Part shown: positions 32,354-41,320 of the stretch, one piece after another
How the letters are laid out: the number at the start of each line of letters is the position of its first letter
Position numbering within the stretch: the first letter of the stretch is position 1
From: Candidatus Cloacimonadales bacterium
GTDB taxonomy: Bacteria; Cloacimonadota; Cloacimonadia; Cloacimonadales; JAIOQZ01
Assembly (NCBI GenBank): GCA_963674825.1
Contig: OY771587.1
Span: 3,744,001 to 3,808,000, forward strand
Length of the DNA stretch: 64,000 nt
Reading direction: 5' to 3'
Made by a program: the position numbers and the translations under genes
The notes under the pieces: generated by a model
What the model was told of the DNA's origin: nothing
The model's database searches: none
What the model saw: the letters and a program-made list of their open reading frames with translations, nothing else

Positions 32354-32590
32354 TTGAAAAAGCACACGCAAAACCAGTTCAAAGCAGCCATAAAGCTTAA
32401 GGGAATCAGCATTTCCGAGATTTCGGAAACCATAGGAATTTCGATGCGGATGTTGGAATATTATATGAAGGGCGAGAAGAATATGCGAAAAGCAGATGCA
32501 TTCCTCGAACTTCTCGAACCGGAATTGAGTCAGATTACTGGAGAAGCATATAGCATAAATGCGAGAGACGCGAGAAGGAGGATAGGATGA
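32354..32590 (+). CDS. Small HTH DNA-binding protein (Ner/Cro position)
   Basis: GISISEISETIGISMRMLEYYMKG HTH; divergent from the repressor; ATGA overlap with the transposase. Confidence 0.78.
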   Translation: MKKHTQNQFKAAIKLKGISISEISETIGISMRMLEYYMKGEKNMRKADAFLELLEPELSQITGEAYSINARDARRRIG

Positions 32591-34569
32591 CTTGGCTATC
32601 GAGTAATGAATTGTGCGATATGTTGGATGTTACTCGACCTGGTCTGTATAAAATCGCAAAGAAGCAGGCATGGTCGACAAAACAAGTCAAGATGGAGCAC
32701 GGAGGTCATAGGAAGCTCTATGAGGTGCCAGACGATTATCTCGTAGAAAAGACAGGTCAGGTAACGCCGTTTCCCACTCTCACGGAGTCATTGCCTGCTG
32801 CGATTGACGACTCAATCCCTGATTTACGCCCCAAGATCGTTGTTCCGCTTGATCTGCAGAAACAAGCTGATCTGCGTGCAAGGCTATGCGAGTTGATTAT
32901 CGAAGAGCTCGATGAGTCGGAATCGCGGACGGAGACGTGGAAGTCAATGACTGCGAGCTACAATGCTGGTGATTTGCTTCCTGAGTTGTTCAAGCTTGAA
33001 GGTAAGCATGGAGAGCGTACGCTTCGACGCTGGGTGAAGCAGTATGAAGCCGCGAGTAGGAGCAGCGAGGTGTTGATTCGAAGCCGTAAGCTTGGGCAGC
33101 CGGAACGAAACCTCACTGAGACGGAGAAGAATTTCCTGCTCCACCTGTTACTCAATCCGAATCGCGTCACCATCGGATCAGCCATCAGGAAGCTCAAACA
33201 GATGGAGGCACTCGATAGGTTCGAGTCACCCGCCAGCAAGATAACCCTCCGCCGCTGGTGCGAGGAGTGGCGCGACAGCCACAAGCCTGAGTGGAACTTG
33301 CTCCGCAATGGCAAGAAGAGCCTCAAAGAAACAGGCATTCTCAGTGTCCTTCGCAGTGACGAACTCGAGGTCGGCGACGTATGGGTTGCTGACGGCCACA
33401 AGCTCGCCTTCGACATCATCGATCCGGCTACCGGAAAACCCAGACGCATGACGATGATCATGTTCTTCGACTGGGCTTCCCGTTATCCGGTGGGAGCGTC
33501 GCTGGCGGTCTCGGAAGACTCACAGCATGTTCTTCTCGCACTTCGCAATTCGATCATGCACTGGGGTGGCAGGCCGAAATACGTCTATTTGGACAATGGC
33601 AAGGCCTTCCGCTCGAAGTTGTTCAACAAGCAGTGGGAGAAGCACGACTTGAGCAAGGAGCTGGAGGGTATCTTCCCGCGACTCGGCATCGGAGTGGCGT
33701 TCGCCAAGGCCTACAACGCGCGCGCCAAGGTAGTCGAGAGGTTCTTCAGAACGTTTCAGGACGATTTTGAGCGGTACATGACGACCTTCCGGGGCGGCTC
33801 CATCAATGACAAACCTGCGACGCTGAAGCGCAATGAGAAATGGGTCAGAAACATCTTCGCTGGCAAACCGCTGACCATCCCGCAGGCGAAGGCGATGATC
33901 GGACTCTACATCGAGAAGATGTACGGCCTGACACCCCATGGTGGACTCAACGGCGCGAAACCGGCCGAGGTTTTTCACAACGCCATCGTGCCTGACGACC
34001 AGAAAATTGATCCAGCAAGGCTCAACTTCCTAATGCTCGCGGCCACCGACCGTGTGGTGCAGGCATCGGGAGTCAGATTCAGCAACATCCACTTCTGGCA
34101 CGACGAGCTCATACAGCACATCGGCGACAAGGTCACGATACGTTACGACCTGATGGACATGCGCTCGGTGCTCGTTTACGACGCGAAAAACCGCTTCATT
34201 TGTCAGGCCGAAGCGCGACGACACCAGCATCCATTCATCCATCTCGCCAAGGACAAGCCGCAGGCACAGAAGGCCCTTCAGAAAGAGCTACAGGGCATTC
34301 GCAAGCTCGAGAAGAACGTGCAGGAATCGTCCGAGAAGATACTTCTGAAGGTCAACGAAGCCGTCGGCCAGATACAGCAACCGGCGACCGACCAGATCGG
34401 TGAAATCTTCGCCGACCAGCCGCTGATCGAGCAACCGGAACCGACGCTGACCATCGATGACATCGTCAGAGCGTCGGCGGAGACCGAGACCATTCAAGAA
34501 GAGCGAAAGTCTGGCGAGGATGACGAACCCAGCTTCGCAGAACTGATGAAAGCAATTGGAATAGGATAG
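32587..34569 (+). CDS. MuA-like DDE transposase (rve core + Mu-transposase C-terminal domain)
   Basis: WVADGH, DWASRY, YLDNGKAF and AKVVERFF; C-terminal IRYDLMDMRSVLVYD; N-terminal HTH. Confidence 0.92.
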   Translation: MTWLSSNELCDMLDVTRPGLYKIAKKQAWSTKQVKMEHGGHRKLYEVPDDYLVEKTGQVTPFPTLTESLPAAIDDSIPDLRPKIVVPLDLQKQADLRARLCELIIEELDESESRTETWKSMTASYNAGDLLPELFKLEGKHGERTLRRWVKQYEAASRSSEVLIRSRKLGQPERNLTETEKNFLLHLLLNPNRVTIGSAIRKLKQMEALDRFESPASKITLRRWCEEWRDSHKPEWNLLRNGKKSLKETGILSVLRSDELEVGDVWVADGHKLAFDIIDPATGKPRRMTMIMFFDWASRYPVGASLAVSEDSQHVLLALRNSIMHWGGRPKYVYLDNGKAFRSKLFNKQWEKHDLSKELEGIFPRLGIGVAFAKAYNARAKVVERFFRTFQDDFERYMTTFRGGSINDKPATLKRNEKWVRNIFAGKPLTIPQAKAMIGLYIEKMYGLTPHGGLNGAKPAEVFHNAIVPDDQKIDPARLNFLMLAATDRVVQASGVRFSNIHFWHDELIQHIGDKVTIRYDLMDMRSVLVYDAKNRFICQAEARRHQHPFIHLAKDKPQAQKALQKELQGIRKLEKNVQESSEKILLKVNEAVGQIQQPATDQIGEIFADQPLIEQPEPTLTIDDIVRASAETETIQEERKSGEDDEPSFAELMKAIGIG

Positions 34570-34581
34570 ACGGAGGAGAAC

Positions 34582-35316
34582 ATGAAGGAAAGGGTATTAG
34601 CAGAGACATCAAACGTTCGCGGGGCGAAGAAATGTATCGCCTACTTGCAGAGCAGACCCAAGACCGAGATGGTCGGACTGGGACTTCTGTATGGCGCGCC
34701 GGGACTGGGCAAGACCCGCTTCGCCAAGCGGCTTGCCTACGCCAACGACTACATCTACCTGCGACTCGAAGCGTCGATGACGGCCAAGGTGTTCGCGCGG
34801 GAGCTGCTGCGACTGATCAATTACCGCTTCGGTCACACGGACGATAACCTGCACGGCTCGACGAGTACGCTTCTGCGCAGGTGCATCAGCGTGTTGCACT
34901 CGTATCCGGAGGCGGTCATTGTCATCGACGAAATCGACTACGCCTTCAACCAGCCGATGCTACTCGGATCGATTCGAGACATCGTGGACGAGACGCTGGC
35001 CATTGTGGTGCTGGTCGGTATGAAGGATGCCCGTGAGAAACTGCTCAAGGCCAACGCGCACTACTTCGATCGGTGCAACTACTTCTACGAGTTCAAGAAG
35101 TTGTCACGAGAGGATGTCGATCTGGTCTGCAAAGCCGTCTCCGAGGTGAAGATGCGTCCCGACTTGGTGACGTACATCTACAAGACAACCCACGGCAACT
35201 TCCGCCAAATGATCAAGATCATCGAAGCTGTCGAGAAGGTGGCCGCATCCAAGAACCTGTCCGAGGTCGCGCTCAGCGATTTGCTCGAAACGCAGGAGCT
35301 AAAGAATGCGTCCTAA
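34582..35316 (+). CDS. MuB/TnsC-like AAA+ ATPase
   Basis: Walker A GAPGLGKT, Walker B IVIDEID, GNFR; directly after the transposase. Confidence 0.9.
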   Translation: MKERVLAETSNVRGAKKCIAYLQSRPKTEMVGLGLLYGAPGLGKTRFAKRLAYANDYIYLRLEASMTAKVFARELLRLINYRFGHTDDNLHGSTSTLLRRCISVLHSYPEAVIVIDEIDYAFNQPMLLGSIRDIVDETLAIVVLVGMKDAREKLLKANAHYFDRCNYFYEFKKLSREDVDLVCKAVSEVKMRPDLVTYIYKTTHGNFRQMIKIIEAVEKVAASKNLSEVALSDLLETQELKNAS

Positions 35317-35776
35317 CATCCCTGCGAAGCGAGTCATAGACCGTTTCGTCGAGTATCATAAGCGACCTTTCACCGTGAAGGACGTCGCCAACGATACCGG
35401 GCTGCACACGAAGACCGTCCGCAACCTGTTGCCTCAGTTGGTGCGGGAGGGACGAATCAAATTATTGCTGAAAGAGAAGGATGGGAATATCTACAGCAGA
35501 ATTGTTTCCCTCAATGACCGCGCGAGCAGGCCACAGTTTGACTGGAGACCCAAGCTGCGGATTTTGCGACAGGTCTACCGCCTCGTCGAGCGTCATGGCT
35601 ACTCCGAGAAAGTAGCTCGACGCAGTCATCTAAGCCGCGAGACCGTCTTTCGTTACCTGCGGATACTGCGCGCAGAAGGCTGCATCGTGAAAGACCCAGC
35701 AACAGGGATGAACAGGGCAGTGAAGTTCAATCCGGTGGTAAGGTGGTATAGTGAGTATGAGAAGACACAAACCTGA
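35306..35776 (+). CDS. Basic protein with two winged-HTH-like domains
   Basis: TVKDVANDTGLHTKTVRNLLPQLVREGRI and VARRSHLSRETVFRYLRILRAEGCI; overlaps the ATPase stop. Confidence 0.72.
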   Translation: MRPNIPAKRVIDRFVEYHKRPFTVKDVANDTGLHTKTVRNLLPQLVREGRIKLLLKEKDGNIYSRIVSLNDRASRPQFDWRPKLRILRQVYRLVERHGYSEKVARRSHLSRETVFRYLRILRAEGCIVKDPATGMNRAVKFNPVVRWYSEYEKTQT

Positions 35777-35997
35777 TGAGTTTTTCAACCAAATCAGTAT
35801 TATTGATCCTGCAGCTATTCCTTACCCAGCAAATCAAAGGCATGCAATAAACCGCTGGCCTAAGTACTCTTCAGCACATGAGCCATTGGTAATGTGCTGA
35901 TTATACTGAGCATGATTTCATCGATTGAGGATAATACTGTTCAACCATCTCAGTGTCGTTGTCTTCTAATCGCAAATGAATCCTGAAACCTTTCTAT

Positions 35998-36024
35998 CAA
36001 AACAGCCCCTCCGAAGAGAGGCTG
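35998..36024 (-). terminator. Rho-independent terminator on the minus strand
   Basis: Minus strand reads CAGCCTCTC-TTCG-GAGGGGCTG-TTTT. Confidence 0.65.
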
Positions 36025-36069
36025 AAAAGGTTTCCCTGTGGGGAGAGCCTGCGAAGCCAAAACTTCTTA

Positions 36070-36733
36070 GTATGTTAGGCATGCATTGCATGTAGGAGGT
36101 GTAAGTCCTCTACAGGCTCAAAGTGGCGAGAACTGCTAGTCAACGGCAAGGGCGTATCCGCGAGGATGGGTCTGAAGGAAGCCCGTGACAAAGTCCGGAC
36201 TCGACGAACAGGAACTGGATACAAGGCCGTGTAGGCAGGGGAACCGAGCTATGGATCGATAAGCCCGCAGCCACACGTAGCGCGATACGGTAAATCCAGC
36301 GAGGCCCGGACGAAGGATGCAATGCTTACCCTGGGAGGTCTCGTGCTCTCCCGTCGAGGTAACGGCGGTGGCGACATCGTCGGAAGGAGCATGAGAAGTC
36401 AGCCGAGGTCATAGTAGGCGCGACGCCGAAGGACCGAACCTAACGCCCAAGGAGCAGTCATGACAAATCAGCAAGGGAAGGAGCGGCAGCAAGAGCAGTT
36501 GGAGATAGACTTTTCTTCGACTGCCAGCCCCGACGCAACTGGAGAAAGCGTATCCGTATCTGGCGCGTACGAGGAGCAGCAATCCCCTTCGGCATGGGTC
36601 AAGCGACGAGCCTTGACGCAGAACTTGTTTTACTCGACAAGTTTGTATTGTTTAACCGCGAAAGGAACCGCCTTGGTACTGAGCAGGTATGCCAGGTGGT
36701 GTGAGAGGGGGAGAAACACTCCCCCTACTCGAT
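36070..36733 (+). ncRNA. Group IIC intron ribozyme with internally deleted IEP
   Basis: 5' GTATGTTAGGCATG; domain I motifs TCTGAAGGAAGC and CTTACCCTGGGAGGTCT; GAAGTCAGCCGAGGTCATAGTAG; DV GAACCGCC...GGTGGTGTGAGAGG (CGC triad); DVI with bulged A, ending ACTCGAT. Confidence 0.92.
36460..36665 (+). pseudogene. Remnant of the intron-encoded reverse transcriptase/maturase
   Basis: AGGAG RBS + MTNQQ...RRALTQNL located in DIV, then joined almost directly to DV; no RT motifs (no YADD). Confidence 0.78.
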
Positions 36734-36779
36734 TTTTCTTGAATGCTGATCATATGGCAATCTAATCGCAATTTAGTTG

Positions 36780-37574
36780 TCATTTTCTAATGTTCCTGCC
36801 TGATCGACGCAAGATTATTCCAAGAACTGCATTGCGAAAGGAAGAATCGATGTTCGATACATTCAACAACGGTTTGCGATCAAGCATCTCCAACTCACGC
36901 ACGACCCTTCGCCCGGGGATCGAAGTGTCGACCACCTGTAGCACGCATTCTCGGATGAAGTCGTCGATAACGTTGAGAATGCGAAATAGGCGTTCGTCTG
37001 CAAGATTGTCCATACAAAATCAAGAGACCAATGATGATCAGGGTGTTCGGCTTCCTGGAGCGGTTCGACGCAATGGTAGAGCTTGCGGTGCGGACGTTTG
37101 GGGATATGAAGCCCAGCCTTCGCGTAGAGCCGCTCCACGCGCTTGTTATTCACAGGCCCGACTGCCGCTCGTTTCTGCCGGGGCGTCACCATATTTCTTG
37201 AGAGCACGTCCTTCAATACTTCTACCTGCAAATCGCGCTCTGCCAAAAGCTTCTTCAAACGATGATTCTCGTCCTCAAGCTCAATGAGTCGCTCAGCCTC
37301 AGCCACCTCCAGACCGCCATACACGCTCTTCCAGCGATAGTACGTCTGACGGCGGATTCCTTTCTCGCGGCACAGCGTTTTCACATCAACACCGCCTTCC
37401 CCCTGCTTCAATATCCGGATGATCTGCGGAACCGTGTATCGCTTCTTCACAAAGCCTCCACGAATGACAGTGATGCAGTTAACTTCTCAAACCGTTTTAT
37501 GCAAGCAATAAACCGCATCCGATTACAACGTTCGTGTCACTTTCTGAATGGACTAGTTTGCGGGGGAAAGGTCA
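36780..37574 (-). pseudogene. Degraded IS3-family (IS407-like) element
   Basis: OrfA MKKRYT...TYYRWKSVYGG...LEDENHRLKKLLAE; OrfB fragments NNKRVERLY, WSLDFV and frameshifted RILNVIDDFIREC; left IR TGACCTTTCCCCCGCAAACTAG at 37574; right part missing. Confidence 0.87.
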
Positions 37575-37660
37575 GTAAAATCATGCCAAGCGATCTGTAC
37601 TTGATCCAAATGAATGCTGGCAAGAAGTCATATCTGCAAAAAGCGTTATTACTGAAGTAA
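37575..37660 (+). pseudogene. 3' remnant of a FlgD-Ig/T9SS-type CTD gene cut by the IS3 end
   Basis: KIMPSDLYLIQMNAGKKSYLQKALLLK* parallels [25 protein letters not shown] of the other CTD genes in the window. Confidence 0.68.
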
Positions 37661-37725
37661 GAAGGAATCATTATGGAGATTGTAGCCTTCGAAAGGAAGC
37701 TGTATGTGTGGAGCGGTGATAAGTA

Positions 37726-37862
37726 GAATCGAAGGAATTCAACCAGCCTGCTCGTCTTGGGCAAGCTTTATTTCTGCACAAAAACACCCATATAGTGCTA
37801 CAGGTTTGGCACTTTTTGCCAAATCGCGTATCACTTCAAAGCCAACTTCGTATGAAAAACGG
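37726..37862 (+). repeat. Conserved intergenic unit, copy C
   Basis: GAATCGAAGGAATTCAACCAGCCTGCTC...hairpin...CACTTTTTGCCAAATCGCGTATCACTTCA...TATGAAAAACGG. Confidence 0.8.
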
Positions 37863-37927
37863 GGGAATTTTTATGCTTGACATTATCGGGATTTTATCGG
37901 TGTATTATTTACTAGAAAGGAGTGCTT

Positions 37928-40639
37928 ATGGTAAAAAAGGCAGCATGGTTCACAATCGTTTTGTTTAGCACAATATATATGTGGAGCGTCGATCTGAAGC
38001 AGGCTGAAGATATCTACGAATCTGCAAAGACACTTGAAAAGAATCACAACGTGGAGGAAGCGCGCGATCAATACGATAAAGCGCTGGAGATGTTCCGCGA
38101 ACTTGGCGCGGAGAAGCAAATCAGCAACGCGACTTACAAACTCGGTAGCATCGCGATGTGGCGCGGAGACTTTAAGAACGCGGAAAAAGATCTGCGGGAA
38201 TCGTTAACGATCAAGCAACAACTCGGCTTTACCCGTTCTGCCGCGGTGATTGAAAACCGCCTTGCATATGTCCTTGCACGCAGGAGTGAATTTGCCGATG
38301 CAGAACAGTATGCGCAATCGGCTTTGAGATATCGCGAAACCGAGGGTGATTCACTTGGAGTCAGCGGGGTGTTGAATACGCTTGGCGTTATCTATATCGA
38401 GCAATCGGCATTTCCAAAAGCCGAAAATGTCATCAAGCGAGCTCTTGCCATCCTCAAAACAAATCCGCAACCCAAGCTTGAAAAAGATATAACAGTCACG
38501 ATGGGTCTTCTGGAATATTCCCGTGGAAATTACGGGGAGGCCATGAAATACTACAAGCGAGCCGAAGAAATGTCGTATCCCTACGAATCGCAACTGACAA
38601 TCGCTGAAATACAGAACAACCTCGGCACGATTTACAATGCCTACCATAAAGCAGACGATGCAAAAGTCTATTATCGGGATGCTCTGAAAATGGCGATGGA
38701 GTTGCAGAATAAGGACCTGGAGTCGAGGGTACTGAACAACCTGGCAGGGCTGCATCTGGAACAACAACAATACGACGATGCCCTCGACAAATATCAACGT
38801 TCGCTGGAGATCAAACGATCGATCGGTAATAAACGCGGACAGATCACGACCCTTAAGAACATCGGGAATGTTTATATGGAGATGGGCAATTCCGAGAAAG
38901 CGAGAGAATTCTATCAGAAAGCCCTGGACGAGAATGATCCGCTGGGCTTCCTGAGTGAAGAATCCCGGATATACTTCGAACTCGCCAATCTCGACTTCAC
39001 CTTTCAACGCTATGAGTCCGCAACACTTCATCTGGAAGAAAGTATCTCCATCGCGGAGCGACTGAATAATCTCGATCAGTTATCGCAAAATTTTCACTTA
39101 CTGGCAAGAATACAGATTGCAACAGGGAAGCCGGAGGAGGCCGAGAAATCGCTGAAGGAAGCGATCGAGAACATCGAGCAGATTCGATCCAGTATCAGCG
39201 TCGAGGAGCATCGTTCTGCGTTCATATCGAAAGCGCTGGATATCTATCGAGACCTTATCCAGTTTTACGTCGAGAAGAACGAAAACCTGAATGCATATAC
39301 ATACTATGAACGGATGAAAGCACGCAATTTGCTGGATATCATCGAAGGGGCTTTCCTTGTATTCGACGAAGACCTCTCTCCCGAGGAAATCGAGCATCAG
39401 CAAAAGGTGGAAGCCGAGTTGAGAAATGTCACCCGCGAGATCAGCTTTTATGCCCTTTCCGAAAAACCAACCCGTGATCTCGATTCACTGGTGATACAGC
39501 AGCGCAACCTGAAACGGGCGGTGTCCAACTTCAAATCGACCCTGTTTCTGAATCATCCCGATTTGCAGCAGGAGATGGGCGAAGGAGAACCGATCGACGC
39601 TCGGGAAGCGCTTCATTTGCTGAACAGCACAGAAGCTGCTTTGGCATACATGGTCGTGGAGAAAAGAATCTACTGTTTTGTCATGCGCAATCTGGGGCGA
39701 CGAAAGCAAACGATCAAGGTTATTGAGATCGAGCTTTCGCGAGAGCAACTCGACGATGCGGTTCGATTGCTAACCACGCAATGGAAAAATGCCAGCTTCA
39801 AAGACTTGTACGGCAAGCTGATCGAGCCGGTCACGCCCGAACTCGAGGGAGTCGAGCAGCTTTGCATCATCCCGGATCGCACGTTGAATCTGGTGCCCTT
39901 CCAGGCGTTGAAATCACCCGAGACAAACGAGTATCTCATCGACAAGTACACTGTCTATTATGCACCGTCGATGAGCGTCCTGCAGCAGTTACGCACGATC
40001 GGCACCAAAGGAAAGGAACAAGTGCTTGCCTTCGGGAATCCCTATCTTGGCGAAGCAGGTGTTTTTACCATCGAGGGAAGCTTGTCCGAACTCCCAGCAA
40101 CCGAGGACGAGGTTAAGGCAATCCAATCGATCTACCAGACGAAATCGAAAGTTTTTCTGCGTGAGCAGGCGAGCGAAGAGAATTTCAACGCCAATTACGA
40201 TCAATACGGTGTTCTCCACTTCGCCTCTCATGGCGTTCTCGATGAGGTCAATCCCATGTTTTCCTCGATCGTACTGACGATCGACGAGCATAACGATGGC
40301 TTCCTGACCGCGCGAGAGATATTGAAGAAGGAGATGAATTCGGACCTGGTGATCCTCAGTGCATGCAACACTGCGAAAGGCGATTATTCCGAAGGAGAAG
40401 GTCTGTTGGGATTATCGCGAGCGTTTTTTGGCGCGCTGGTGCCATCGGTGGTCGCATCGCTGTGGAGTGTTGACGACCAATCGACCCGACTCTTGATGGA
40501 GAATTTTTATCGCTATCTCAAGGATGGCGTAAGACCTGCCAGAGCGCTTCGGCAGGCACAACTGGATTTGAAGAATCAAAAACAATACAGCAATCCCTAT
40601 TTCTGGGCGCCTTTTATCTTGATTGGCGATACGGAGTAA
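37928..40639 (+). CDS. TPR-repeat CHAT-domain (caspase/separase-like) protease with N-terminal signal peptide or anchor
   Basis: About 9 TPRs (LNTLG, NNLG, LNNLA, LKNIG); ERMKARNLLD; catalytic LHFASHG and LSACNTA; VASLWSVDD; PYFWAPF. AAGGAG RBS precedes ATG 37928. Confidence 0.94.
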   Translation: MVKKAAWFTIVLFSTIYMWSVDLKQAEDIYESAKTLEKNHNVEEARDQYDKALEMFRELGAEKQISNATYKLGSIAMWRGDFKNAEKDLRESLTIKQQLGFTRSAAVIENRLAYVLARRSEFADAEQYAQSALRYRETEGDSLGVSGVLNTLGVIYIEQSAFPKAENVIKRALAILKTNPQPKLEKDITVTMGLLEYSRGNYGEAMKYYKRAEEMSYPYESQLTIAEIQNNLGTIYNAYHKADDAKVYYRDALKMAMELQNKDLESRVLNNLAGLHLEQQQYDDALDKYQRSLEIKRSIGNKRGQITTLKNIGNVYMEMGNSEKAREFYQKALDENDPLGFLSEESRIYFELANLDFTFQRYESATLHLEESISIAERLNNLDQLSQNFHLLARIQIATGKPEEAEKSLKEAIENIEQIRSSISVEEHRSAFISKALDIYRDLIQFYVEKNENLNAYTYYERMKARNLLDIIEGAFLVFDEDLSPEEIEHQQKVEAELRNVTREISFYALSEKPTRDLDSLVIQQRNLKRAVSNFKSTLFLNHPDLQQEMGEGEPIDAREALHLLNSTEAALAYMVVEKRIYCFVMRNLGRRKQTIKVIEIELSREQLDDAVRLLTTQWKNASFKDLYGKLIEPVTPELEGVEQLCIIPDRTLNLVPFQALKSPETNEYLIDKYTVYYAPSMSVLQQLRTIGTKGKEQVLAFGNPYLGEAGVFTIEGSLSELPATEDEVKAIQSIYQTKSKVFLREQASEENFNANYDQYGVLHFASHGVLDEVNPMFSSIVLTIDEHNDGFLTAREILKKEMNSDLVILSACNTAKGDYSEGEGLLGLSRAFFGALVPSVVASLWSVDDQSTRLLMENFYRYLKDGVRPARALRQAQLDLKNQKQYSNPYFWAPFILIGDTE

Positions 40640-40651
40640 ACTGGAGGAGAT

Positions 40652-41305
40652 ATGAAACACGTTCTTTTGCTCATTCTCTTGATCAGTCTGGCAACTTCTC
40701 TTGCTGCCACAGATATGACCGGATTTCGATATGGGATGGTCAAGCAATCGGTTGACGACGAGGACGAAATCACCATCGTCGAAGATACCACGCAACTCAA
40801 GATTGGCGACCGTGTTCGCCTCAATGTCGAATTCCCTAACGGTGATTTCTTCTATGCGATCAGCTATAACGCGAACCGTGCCAGCCTGATGTATTCATCA
40901 CATTCTCAAGATAATCAGGCGGAAGCAGACTCCATTTTCACAACGTTACCCTGGATTGAAATCAATGATATGAACATCCAGGACAGGTACGTCCTGATGT
41001 CCTCGAGAACCTCCCAGACAAAGCTGGTTGAGCTGTTTCAACAGTATCAGTCCGTCAGCGGTAAGGTGAAGGATAAATTCTTCAGGAAGATCATCGCGCA
41101 TCTCGATGATATTCGCACAGGCAGGGAATATCCCGAATACAAGCAGATGCCGGTAATAAGGCTCGAGCGCCCCGTAATCGGAGGTGTTACGTTCCGTGGA
41201 AAGATGAATTTCGTTCTCGTTGAGCAGAGTCTTACGCATAGCTGTTCCGGCGAGGAAGTCGCGGTTGCGGAGATCCATCTGAAAGAACCGGAAACCGGCC
41301 AATAG
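40652..41305 (+). CDS. Exported protein, DUF4384-like
   Basis: Signal peptide; LKIGDRVRLNV...FFYAI pattern resembles DUF4384; IGGVTFRG motif. Confidence 0.55.
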   Translation: MKHVLLLILLISLATSLAATDMTGFRYGMVKQSVDDEDEITIVEDTTQLKIGDRVRLNVEFPNGDFFYAISYNANRASLMYSSHSQDNQAEADSIFTTLPWIEINDMNIQDRYVLMSSRTSQTKLVELFQQYQSVSGKVKDKFFRKIIAHLDDIRTGREYPEYKQMPVIRLERPVIGGVTFRGKMNFVLVEQSLTHSCSGEEVAVAEIHLKEPETGQ

Positions 41306-41320
41306 ACAGGCGTAGGCGAT

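Larger units (their letters stand above)
31037..35776. mobile_element. Mu-like transposition module (repressor, HTH, transposase, ATPase, wHTH protein); boundaries approximate
   Basis: Gene order matches the c-ner-A-B early region of transposable phages; no structural genes follow. Confidence 0.78.

Noticed and set aside
32587..35776. Tn7/CAST system
   Set aside because: No TnsA, TniQ/TnsD or Cas genes are recognisable; the layout is Mu-like.
35871..36069. Riboswitch, tRNA or attC site among the hairpins upstream of the intron
   Set aside because: Hairpins are present (e.g. TCAGCACAT/ATGTGCTGA) but I could not match them to a known family consensus; a covariance-model search would be needed.
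37533..37542. Fourth copy of the CGTGTCACTT motif
   Set aside because: Only 10 bp, inside the IS3 left end and without flanking similarity; likely chance.
37928..40639. Craspase (type III-E CRISPR-associated TPR-CHAT)
   Set aside because: No Cas7-11, Csx30/31 or array is present, and the protein has an export leader and CHASE2 context.
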